From: Selenomonadaceae bacterium
GTDB taxonomy: Bacteria > Bacillota > Negativicutes > Selenomonadales > Selenomonadaceae
Reading direction: 5' to 3'
DNA length: 64,000 bases
Assembly (NCBI GenBank): GCA_017444295.1
Contig: JAFSWY010000172.1
Location: forward strand, 7,548-71,547
A program made the translations under genes and the position numbers. Positions 34,441 through 42,229 of this stretch are shown piece by piece; position 1 is the first letter of the stretch; each line of letters begins with the position of its first letter. Under the pieces are notes generated by a model. It saw only the letters and a program-made list of their open reading frames with translations, was not told the origin of the DNA and searched no databases.

Positions 34441-35921
34441 TATTCCTTCCCCCTAATGGCTTCCCTCGCCACTTCCCTGTCATCAAAATGAATCGTCCTG
34501 TCCTTCAATATCTGGTAATCCTCATGCCCCTTGCCCAGAATGACCACGATGTCATCCTTTTGGGCCAATTCCACGGCACGGAAAATGGCGGTGCGCCGGT
34601 CCACGATGCACTCGTGATGCTTCCCGCCGATGGCTTCCTTTACGCCCTCTTCCACCTGGCCCAGGATGAACTCCGGGTCCTCCGTACGGGGATTGTCCGA
34701 AGTGGCAATGACCGTATCGGAGAGCTCCGCTGCCATGCGTCCCATGATGGGGCGCTTCGTGCGGTCCCTGTCGCCGCCGCAGCCAAAGACCGTGATGATG
34801 TGGCGCCTGGCGATCTGCCTTGCCGTGCGCAGCACATTCTCCACACCGTCCGGCGTATGGGCATAATCCACGATGACCGAAAAATCCTGCCCCTCGTTCA
34901 CGAGCTCAAACCGCCCCGGCACGCTGACAAAATCCTGCAAGGCCTTTTGGATGACATCCGGCGAAATGCCCTCTGCCAAAGCCGCTCCTACCGCGGACAT
35001 GACATTGTACACATTGAAGATACCCGTGATGCGAAGCTGCAGGTCCATGCTCCCAAAGTCCCCGGACAGCCGGAACCTTGCGCCGCCGGGAAGGACGCTG
35101 ATATCCTCCGCCCGCAGATCTGCTGCCCTGTGGATGGCATAGGTGAGATGCCTGCACTCCGCATTTGCCAGCATGGTTTCTCCCGCCCCATCGTCAATGT
35201 TCACAACGGCAGTCTTACCCTGCTTTTTCCCGACTTTTGAGAGAAGCCCGAACAGCTTTGCCTTGGCCAGCTTGTAGTTCTCCAGGGTCTTGTGATAATC
35301 CAGATGGTCCTGGGTGAGATTCGTGAACACAGCGGTATCGAACTCGATGCCCGCCACCCGGTCCTGGTCCAGCGCATGGGAGGAAACCTCCATGACCACA
35401 TAGTCCATGCCCTTGTCCCGCATCATGGCCAAAAGGTTCTGGAGCTCCACCACATCCGGCGTCGTATTGTGGATGGGAAGGGTCTCTTCCTCCACCATGA
35501 TCTGGATGGTGCCGATGAGCCCCACCTTGAACCCCGCATTCCGCAGGATGGCCCGGGTGATATAGCTCGTCGTCGTCTTGCCATTGGTTCCCGTGATGCC
35601 GATGACCCGCATGGACTGCGCAGGATAATCATGGAAAAAGGGAACGATGGCATCCAATGCCTCATTGAGCTCCGGCACCTTGAGCACCGCCATCCCTTCC
35701 GGCGGTTCAATATCCCGTGTGGTGAGGATTGCCGCCGCTCCCTGGCCGGCCACCTGCGGGATGAAATCGTGCCCATCCACATGGATGCCGGGAATGCAGA
35801 CGAAAAGCCCTCCTTTCCCCACCTTGCGCGAATCATGTTCTATTCCGGTGATTGAAGCATCCCTGCTGCCAATCACCTCGGCGCCCTTTACCAGCGCCGC
35901 CAACTCTCCGATTGTCTTCAT
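34440..35921 (-). CDS. murE: UDP-MurNAc-L-Ala-D-Glu--2,6-diaminopimelate ligase
   Basis: ITGTNGKTTTSY...DYAHTPDG...GCGGDRDRTKRP. Confidence 0.94.
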   Translation of the reverse strand: MKTIGELAALVKGAEVIGSRDASITGIEHDSRKVGKGGLFVCIPGIHVDGHDFIPQVAGQGAAAILTTRDIEPPEGMAVLKVPELNEALDAIVPFFHDYPAQSMRVIGITGTNGKTTTSYITRAILRNAGFKVGLIGTIQIMVEEETLPIHNTTPDVVELQNLLAMMRDKGMDYVVMEVSSHALDQDRVAGIEFDTAVFTNLTQDHLDYHKTLENYKLAKAKLFGLLSKVGKKQGKTAVVNIDDGAGETMLANAECRHLTYAIHRAADLRAEDISVLPGGARFRLSGDFGSMDLQLRITGIFNVYNVMSAVGAALAEGISPDVIQKALQDFVSVPGRFELVNEGQDFSVIVDYAHTPDGVENVLRTARQIARRHIITVFGCGGDRDRTKRPIMGRMAAELSDTVIATSDNPRTEDPEFILGQVEEGVKEAIGGKHHECIVDRRTAIFRAVELAQKDDIVVILGKGHEDYQILKDRTIHFDDREVAREAIRGKE

Positions 35922-35979
35922 GCCAGCCTCTCCTCATCTATCCAGCGCACATATGCTGCATTATCGCAATCCTTCAACT

Positions 35980-36076
35980 TTTACTACGAAATCTTAGCGA
36001 GTCAGGCCCGAAGGGCGCGGAATCGGTTAGATTTCGTGTAAGGGCGTAGTGCGAAACACCGTTTCGCACGAAGTTT
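35980..36076 (+). repeat. 97-nt structured intergenic element, copy 1
   Basis: Near-identical to the reverse complement of 44099-44196. Shared parts: TTTACTAYGAAATCTTAGCGA and TTAGATTTCGTGTAAGGGCGTAGTGCGAAACANNGTTTCGCAC. Confidence 0.8.
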
Positions 36077-36080
36077 ACAT

Positions 36081-36121
36081 AACAAAGTGCTTCTTCTCTC
36101 AGGGAACAAGAAAAGAAGCAC
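36081..36121 (-). terminator. Intrinsic terminator after ftsL, inside the dcw cluster
   Basis: Minus strand: GTGCTTCTTTTCTtgttccctgAGAGAAGAAGCAC followed by TTTGTT. Confidence 0.6.
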
Positions 36122-36139
36122 GCACAGTTCCTATGTCTA

Positions 36140-36532
36140 TTATTTCTCACGGGTAAAATAAACCGCAGTCGGCACCTGCATGCCCAAATCATTCTCCGCG
36201 ATGGACTTGATTCTCTCCGGTGCTTTCAGCCTCGCAATCTCGATGCGCAAGCGCTCGTTCTCCTGTTCCAGCATCTGTGCCTTCTGCTGTGTATCCACAA
36301 GGACATAGCCTCTGCTGGCACTGATGCCGCTTCGTATGGTAACAGCCATTGCCAGCACGGTAAAGAGAATGAACGCCGTGCGGCAACGGGAACGCAAGGG
36401 CTTGTTCAGAAGCGTCTGTGCCCTTTGCACCGGGTGTGGCTTTACGAGTACAGGTTTTTTCCTCGGTTGTTCTTCCACATACTCCGGATATTCCTCGTAA
36501 TCATATTCATCTTCCCAACGTTTTGCAAGCAT
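36140..36532 (-). CDS. ftsL: FtsL-like septum formation protein
   Basis: Position after rsmH. One TM segment (FILFTVLAMAVTI) followed by a coiled-coil (QQKAQMLEQENERLRIEIARL). Confidence 0.75.
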   Translation of the reverse strand: MLAKRWEDEYDYEEYPEYVEEQPRKKPVLVKPHPVQRAQTLLNKPLRSRCRTAFILFTVLAMAVTIRSGISASRGYVLVDTQQKAQMLEQENERLRIEIARLKAPERIKSIAENDLGMQVPTAVYFTREK

Positions 36533-37490
36533 CCTGGTTCCCCCCCATATTTCCTCTCAACTTCTCGGCAATGCGCAGCTTGGCGCTCTTGGAACGCGGA
36601 TTGCGCTCCAGCTCCTCCGCTGCGGCAGTGATGGGTTTGCCAAGAATACGGATTTCCGGTTGATGATGACAGACACAGACAGGCAGTTCCGGAGGACAGA
36701 TGCAGCCACGGCTCATCTCCTTGAGCACATGTTTGGCGATGCGGTCCTCCAGGGAATGAAATGTGATGATTGCGATGCGTCCCCCCGGTTTCAGATGCGC
36801 CACGGCAACCCGAAAAGCCTTCTCCAGAATGCCCAGCTCATCATTCACCTCGATGCGGATGGCCTGGAACACACGCTTGGCAGGATGCCCGCCGACCGCT
36901 TGGCGCACAGCCTTCGGGACCGCCCTGCAAATGATGTCCACCAGCTCGCCCGTGGTCTTGACAGGTTTTTCCTGTCTCGCTTTCACGAGAAAGGAAGCAA
37001 TGCGCTTCGACCATCGCTCCTCGCCGTATTCCTGAAAAATACGTGCAAGCTCATCTTCCCCATAGCAATTGACCACATCGTATGCGGAAAAGGAATTTCC
37101 CGCATCCATGCGCATGTCGAGAGGCGCATCCTGCATATAGGAAAACCCTCTCCCCGCTGTATCGATTTGATGGGAGGACACCCCCAGGTCAAAGAGGATG
37201 CCATCTGCCTCAACGATGTCCTTTGCCTCCAGGATATCCTCCAGATGACGAAAATTGTCATGGACGATGTCCACATGGCAACGGGCGCTTTTCAGCCTTT
37301 CCCCGGCTGCGGCAATCGCTGCCGCGTCCTGGTCAATGCCCAGGATGCGCCCCTCCGGTCCCAAGAGCTCGGCAATGCGGCTGGAATGCCCGGCCCCGCC
37401 AAGCGTACAGTCCACATACGTCCCGGCAGGATCTGTCACCAGTCCTTTCACGGTTTCCTCCAGCATAACGCTGACATGATGAAACGTCAT
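36507..37490 (-). CDS. rsmH: 16S rRNA (cytosine1402-N4)-methyltransferase
   Basis: HVSVMLEE...DCTLGGAGHS...DLGVSSHQ...SLEDR. Confidence 0.95.
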   Translation of the reverse strand: MTFHHVSVMLEETVKGLVTDPAGTYVDCTLGGAGHSSRIAELLGPEGRILGIDQDAAAIAAAGERLKSARCHVDIVHDNFRHLEDILEAKDIVEADGILFDLGVSSHQIDTAGRGFSYMQDAPLDMRMDAGNSFSAYDVVNCYGEDELARIFQEYGEERWSKRIASFLVKARQEKPVKTTGELVDIICRAVPKAVRQAVGGHPAKRVFQAIRIEVNDELGILEKAFRVAVAHLKPGGRIAIITFHSLEDRIAKHVLKEMSRGCICPPELPVCVCHHQPEIRILGKPITAAAEELERNPRSKSAKLRIAEKLRGNMGGNQDACKTLGR

Positions 37491-37517
37491 TGCCCATGCA
37501 TCCCTCGGTTCCTGTCA

Positions 37518-37949
37518 TCAAATTCCCAGATCAGCCAAATTCCCGGCAATCTCGGTTACGGCCGGATTTACTTCATCCGTATACTTCGTCCAGCTTTCCT
37601 TGTCCCAGAGCTCCGCACGGTTCATGACGCCCGTGAGCACCACGTCCTTCTTGAGATTGGCATAGCTCCTGAGATTACCCGGCACGAGGAAACGGCCCTG
37701 CTTGTCGCATTCCATCATCCTCGCCCCTGCAAAGAAAAACCTCACAAAGGCACGGGCCTCCGGCTTGGCAAGTGGCAGCTGGCGCAGCTTCGCCGAAAGC
37801 GCTTCCCATTCCGCCTGTCCATAGATGAACAGGCAGTTGTCCAGCCCTTTCGTCACAAAAAAGGTCTCCCCCAGCTCCGCACGGAAGTCTGCCGGCATGA
37901 TGACGCGGCCCTTTGTGTCGATTGTGTGCATGTACTCGCCCATCAACAT
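37518..37949 (-). CDS. mraZ: Transcriptional regulator MraZ
   Basis: Two DxxxR-type repeats (IDTKGRVIMP and CDKQGRFLVP). First gene of the dcw block. Confidence 0.93.
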   Translation of the reverse strand: MLMGEYMHTIDTKGRVIMPADFRAELGETFFVTKGLDNCLFIYGQAEWEALSAKLRQLPLAKPEARAFVRFFFAGARMMECDKQGRFLVPGNLRSYANLKKDVVLTGVMNRAELWDKESWTKYTDEVNPAVTEIAGNLADLGI

Positions 37950-38185
37950 ACCGCATTCACCACCCCATAAACATTATAACCCACTTTCCACCACTTTGCA
38001 CCACTTTATATTCTCTTTTATAACAAAAAAATCCTGCCTTGGCAAGATTTTTTTCTCTTCCCTCTCTCCCAAGTTTTTGTTCCATGCCCGCTTTCCCTTG
38101 ATTTTCCTTTGTATTCGCGATAGAATAGAGCAGACCAATGAAATTTTTTTGGCATCAAACTCTATTGTCTATAGGAGGGTTTATC

Positions 38186-39277
38186 TTGGAAGCAAATCGC
38201 GTCTACAATTTTAATCCCGGCCCTGCCACACTTCCCCTGGAAGTCCTGAAAGAGGCGCAGGCCGAATTCCTGAATTTCCGGAACAGCGGCATGTCCATCC
38301 TGGAAATCAGCCATCGCGCCAAGCAGTACGACGAGGTGCACAACCAGGCAAAGGCCGACATCAAGGAGCTCATGGGCCTCGGCGATGACTACGACGTCCT
38401 CTTCATCCAGGGCGGCGCCAGCCAGCAGTTCTGCATGATTCCCCTGAATTTCGCCTCGAAGGAGCATCCGGGCAGCTATGTCCTCTCCGGAAGCTTTGCC
38501 TCAAAGGCATACAAAGAGGCGCAGATTCTGGGTGTCGGCGAGGTTGCCGCTTCCAGCAAGGATGTGGATTTCCGTCATATTCCCACCCAGGACGAGCTCA
38601 AAATCAACCCCAAGGCTGCCTATCTGCACCTCTGCTACAACAACACCATCTACGGCACGGAGTTCCACTACGTGCCGGACACAAAGGGAGTCCCCCTCTT
38701 CGCCGACATGTCCTCGGACATGCTCTCCCGCCCCGTGGACTTCCAAAAGTTCGACTTCATCTATGCGGGTGTCCAGAAGAACCTCGGCCCTGCCGGTGTC
38801 GTCCTCGTGGTGGCAAAGAAGAGCCTCATCGGGAAGAGCCCGGAGAACCTCTCCACCATGTTCCGTTACGACACCTTCTACAACAAGAATTCCCTCTACA
38901 ACACGCCGCCCGCCTTCTGCATCTACATGGTGGGCAAGGTGGCTGCATGGATCAAGGCCCAGGGCGGCCTTTCCGTCATGGAAGAGCGCAACCGCAAGAA
39001 GGCGAAGCTCGTCTACGATGCCATCGACAACTCCAACGGCTTCTACAAGGGCCATGCCGACAAGGACAGCCGTTCCTTCATGAACGTCACCTTCCGTCTC
39101 CCCAGCGAGGATCTGGAGAAGAAGTTCGTGGCCGAGGCGCTGGAGAACCAGTTGAGCGGCGTCAAGGGGCACCGTTCCGTGGGCGGCATGCGCGCCTCCA
39201 TCTATAACGCCATGCCCTATGAGGGCTGCGAAGCTCTGGCTGACTTCATGGAGAAATTCCGCAAGGCAAACGCATAA
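38186..39277 (+). CDS. serC: Phosphoserine aminotransferase
   Basis: RVYNFNPGPATLP...GGASQQF...KNLGPAGV...GHRSVGGMRASIYNAM. TTG start at 38186 with AGGAGG 7 nt upstream. Confidence 0.93.
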   Translation: MEANRVYNFNPGPATLPLEVLKEAQAEFLNFRNSGMSILEISHRAKQYDEVHNQAKADIKELMGLGDDYDVLFIQGGASQQFCMIPLNFASKEHPGSYVLSGSFASKAYKEAQILGVGEVAASSKDVDFRHIPTQDELKINPKAAYLHLCYNNTIYGTEFHYVPDTKGVPLFADMSSDMLSRPVDFQKFDFIYAGVQKNLGPAGVVLVVAKKSLIGKSPENLSTMFRYDTFYNKNSLYNTPPAFCIYMVGKVAAWIKAQGGLSVMEERNRKKAKLVYDAIDNSNGFYKGHADKDSRSFMNVTFRLPSEDLEKKFVAEALENQLSGVKGHRSVGGMRASIYNAMPYEGCEALADFMEKFRKANA

Positions 39278-39292
39278 CCCCATCAAAATGAT

Positions 39293-39348
39293 ATGCTCCC
39301 CTTGGGAGGACAGGAAAAACAAGCCTGTCAATCCAAGGGGAGCATTTT
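39293..39348 (+). terminator. Intrinsic terminator after serC
   Basis: Perfect 13-bp stem ATGCTCCCCTTGG/CCAAGGGGAGCAT followed by TTTT. Confidence 0.75.
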
Positions 39349-39376
39349 GCGCCGAAAATTCCATTCCTCGCACGCG

Positions 39377-39407
39377 AAAAACGGTCGGCAACCGAAGCCG
39401 CCGACCG
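39377..39407 (-). terminator. Intrinsic terminator after flagellin 3
   Basis: Minus strand: CGGTCGGC-ggcttcggtt-GCCGACCG followed by TTTTT. Confidence 0.75.
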
Positions 39408-39420
39408 AAAATCATCTTCT

Positions 39421-41229
39421 TTATTGAAGCAAACTCAACACCGCAGAACTGTTCTGGTTCGCCTGGGAAAGCATGGACTGCGCCGACTGCAGGAGCACGT
39501 TGTTCTTCGTGTACTCCGTCATCTCCTTCGCCATGTCCGCATCGCGGATCGTGGACTCGGAATTCTGCACATTCTCCGCCGCCGTGGTCAGATTGCTTGC
39601 CGTGTACTCCAGACGGCTCTGGAGCGCACCGATGGTGGTCTGCTCATTGAGGGCCTTCCGCAGGGACTGGTCAAACAGGCGAATGGCATCATTAGCCTGC
39701 TCCCTGGTGGCAATGCTCACCTTCGTGCCATCAGCCGCCTCAAGCCCCATGGCCTTGGCCCGCATATCGTGGAACCCGAACTTGATGGACTGGTTGGCCT
39801 TGGTGCCCACCTGCAGAGTCAGATCCCCCACCTTGCCGCCGTAGTTCGATTCCCAATGGACGGTCAATCCGTCAATGATGGAGGTCTTGCTCTCCGGCGC
39901 ATACCAGAAGGTGGTGGAGCCTCCCTCCGGCACAACGCTGTCCTTGGTCTTCGCCATGCGCCTTCCGCTGGCATCGCTGCCCGTGATGGCACCGGTGTCA
40001 TCGTTGGTCAAGTCAATACCGCAACAATTCAGCAAAAATTCATCATCTGTTGCCGCCGCTGCCGCATCTGCCTTAAACTGTGTTATTAATCCCGTCCACG
40101 TGGAGAACTTCCCCCCCGTTGCAGCACTGACAGCACCATCCAACGCACTGGCTCCATGATGCACCAACACGTTCATGAAATTCTTCATGGCATCTTCCCC
40201 GCCTTGATTTGCCATATAGCGGAGAGCCATATATCCTCCTGTATAATAGATTGTTGTCCCTGTCCCTGTCGAGGTGAAATCCGATAGGGACGCACCATTG
40301 ACAGCAGCTCTCGTCAATCCACTCTTTTGCTCATCATCAATACCATGCACCAGTTCAGCCATGCCCTCTGCGATAGCCCCTGGAAGTGTCCCGAAATTAT
40401 TGATTGACGAGGCCATAATCGCATGAACCATTTCATGGGCAATCGTACGATCCAAAGTTCCCCCTATAAGCTGGCTCGAATTGTTTGGATCTGGAATAAA
40501 TGCCGTTCCATTTACATTGGACGTGTCATGTATATCCAGATTCTTAAAGAATCTCATATTCACCGTGAGGTCAAGCGAATTCGTCCTGCCATTTGAACCA
40601 CCATTATTGAAGGACACCCATGCCAATGCATTCGCCTGATTACCGGACGTGACCTCTTCAAGCTTTACATTGATATCCTTGCAATCCGCCCATTCATTCC
40701 TGAAGCTGACCCCATAGGACTGCTCAATCAAGTCCAGTGCATTCTCCAGCCATTCGGTGCTCAGCGCACTGACAATCATGTCCTGCACCGTCTCGTTTTG
40801 GATTCCCGTCTGTCCGTCCAGGAGATACTTGCCGTTGTACTGCACCAAGGCATTGTCGTCCACCTGCTGGACGTACTGGTTCACTTCCTTCTGCATGATG
40901 GCGCGGTCCTCGTCCGTATTGTGGTCGTTGGCGGAGTCCAGCGCCTTCTCCTTGAGGGTCCGAAGGATGTCCACCGTAGAGGACACGGCCCCTTCCGCCA
41001 CCTTCAACAGTGCCGTGCCATTCTGCGTGTTGCGGATGTCCTGTTCCAGCCCGCGAAGCTGGACGCGCATCTTCTCCGAGATGGAGTAGCCCGAGGCATC
41101 ATCCCCCGCGCCGTTGATGCGCATGCCAGAAGAGACCTTCTTGAGGCTCTTGGAGAGGGCATTCGAGTTCTCGTTCAACTGGTTCAGCGTATTCACCGCC
41201 GACATATTGTTCTTTACCACCATTGCCAT
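39421..41229 (-). CDS. fliC: Flagellin (602 aa) with a zincin metalloprotease-like module in the variable region (flagellinolysin-type)
   Basis: Canonical flagellin ends: MAMVVKNNMSAVNTLNQLNENSNALSKSLKKVSSGMRINGAGDDASGYSISEKM at the N-terminus and MAKEMTEYTKNNVLLQSAQSMLSQANQNSSAVLSLLQ at the C-terminus. The central domain contains HEMVH (aa 265-269, nt 40423-40437) followed by AEGMAE 19-23 aa later. Confidence 0.9.
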   Translation of the reverse strand: MAMVVKNNMSAVNTLNQLNENSNALSKSLKKVSSGMRINGAGDDASGYSISEKMRVQLRGLEQDIRNTQNGTALLKVAEGAVSSTVDILRTLKEKALDSANDHNTDEDRAIMQKEVNQYVQQVDDNALVQYNGKYLLDGQTGIQNETVQDMIVSALSTEWLENALDLIEQSYGVSFRNEWADCKDINVKLEEVTSGNQANALAWVSFNNGGSNGRTNSLDLTVNMRFFKNLDIHDTSNVNGTAFIPDPNNSSQLIGGTLDRTIAHEMVHAIMASSINNFGTLPGAIAEGMAELVHGIDDEQKSGLTRAAVNGASLSDFTSTGTGTTIYYTGGYMALRYMANQGGEDAMKNFMNVLVHHGASALDGAVSAATGGKFSTWTGLITQFKADAAAAATDDEFLLNCCGIDLTNDDTGAITGSDASGRRMAKTKDSVVPEGGSTTFWYAPESKTSIIDGLTVHWESNYGGKVGDLTLQVGTKANQSIKFGFHDMRAKAMGLEAADGTKVSIATREQANDAIRLFDQSLRKALNEQTTIGALQSRLEYTASNLTTAAENVQNSESTIRDADMAKEMTEYTKNNVLLQSAQSMLSQANQNSSAVLSLLQ

Positions 41230-41273
41230 GGCTCATCGCTCCTTCGTTAAAATCCTCGCAATCCTTTTTTAAT

Positions 41274-41301
41274 ATATCGTAGAAAAGATAAAAAAACTTA
41301 A
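41274..41301 (-). promoter_or_regulatory. Sigma28-type promoter for flagellin 3
   Basis: Minus strand: TTAA, 18 nt, CGATAT, then the leader box GGATTGCGAGGAT (41252-41265) and the ribosome-binding site GAAGGAG. Confidence 0.55.
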
Positions 41302-41373
41302 ATCCTTTTCAAAATTTGTTGATTGGATGTATAGTATTATTATAATCTTATCTTCTGGAAAGGCGGTCTCCTC

Positions 41374-42165
41374 ATGGAATTCATTCTGTTTCTTTTGATG
41401 GGCGTCGGTGTCGGCGTCTTCGGCTCCCTCGTGGGGGTCGGCGGTGGGCTCATCTGCGTGCCCGTGTTCATCTTCTTCCTGTCGTCGGGTGGCATCTATC
41501 CCTATTTCAGCACGGCAGCGCAGATTACCGGCACCTCCCTCGTCATCGTCCTGGCCAATTCCCTCTCGGGGGCGATTGCCTATGTGCGGCAAAGGCGGGT
41601 CTTCTTCCATGCCGCCATTCCCTTTGCCCTTGCCACCCTGCCCGGCGCCTTCCTCGGCTCCTACATCGTGGACAGGTTCTCCGTGGGCATGCTGAACCTT
41701 TACTACGGCATCTTCATGGGATGCATGGCTGTCATCATGTACTGGAACGCTACCCACGCGAAACATACGGACGTGCTGGAGCTGCCAAAGGATTTCCGCT
41801 ACAACCGCAAGATCGGCATCGCCGCCAGCATGGGGGTTGGCTTCCTTTCCAGCATCTTCGGCGTGGGAGGCGGCATCATCCACGTCCCCCTCATGGTGTA
41901 CCTGCTGGATTTCCCCGTCCACATCGCCACGGCCACCTCCTGCTTCATTCTCGCCGTCTCCGCCCTCGGCGGTGTCGCCACCCACATCCTGCTGAGTCAC
42001 GTCATATGGATTCCCGCCCTCTGCATCAGCATCGGCGCCGCCATCGGTGCCCAGATCGGCGCAAGAATTTCCCGCAAGACCCGCTCCAGGACTATTCTCG
42101 TCCTTCTGGCAGCGGCCATGCTGTTCGTGAGCATCCGCCTGATTCTGTCCGGCAGCGCCAATTGA
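41374..42165 (+). CDS. TauE/SafE-family anion (sulfite) exporter
   Basis: A 263-aa polytopic membrane protein with duplicated G-rich TM motifs (GSLVGVGGG and FGVGGGIIHVP). Confidence 0.85.
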   Translation: MEFILFLLMGVGVGVFGSLVGVGGGLICVPVFIFFLSSGGIYPYFSTAAQITGTSLVIVLANSLSGAIAYVRQRRVFFHAAIPFALATLPGAFLGSYIVDRFSVGMLNLYYGIFMGCMAVIMYWNATHAKHTDVLELPKDFRYNRKIGIAASMGVGFLSSIFGVGGGIIHVPLMVYLLDFPVHIATATSCFILAVSALGGVATHILLSHVIWIPALCISIGAAIGAQIGARISRKTRSRTILVLLAAAMLFVSIRLILSGSAN

Positions 42166-42229
42166 TTTTCATGATTTCCTGCATCCATACACAAAAATCC
42201 TGATGGTCCCTCTCGCCATCAGGATTTTT

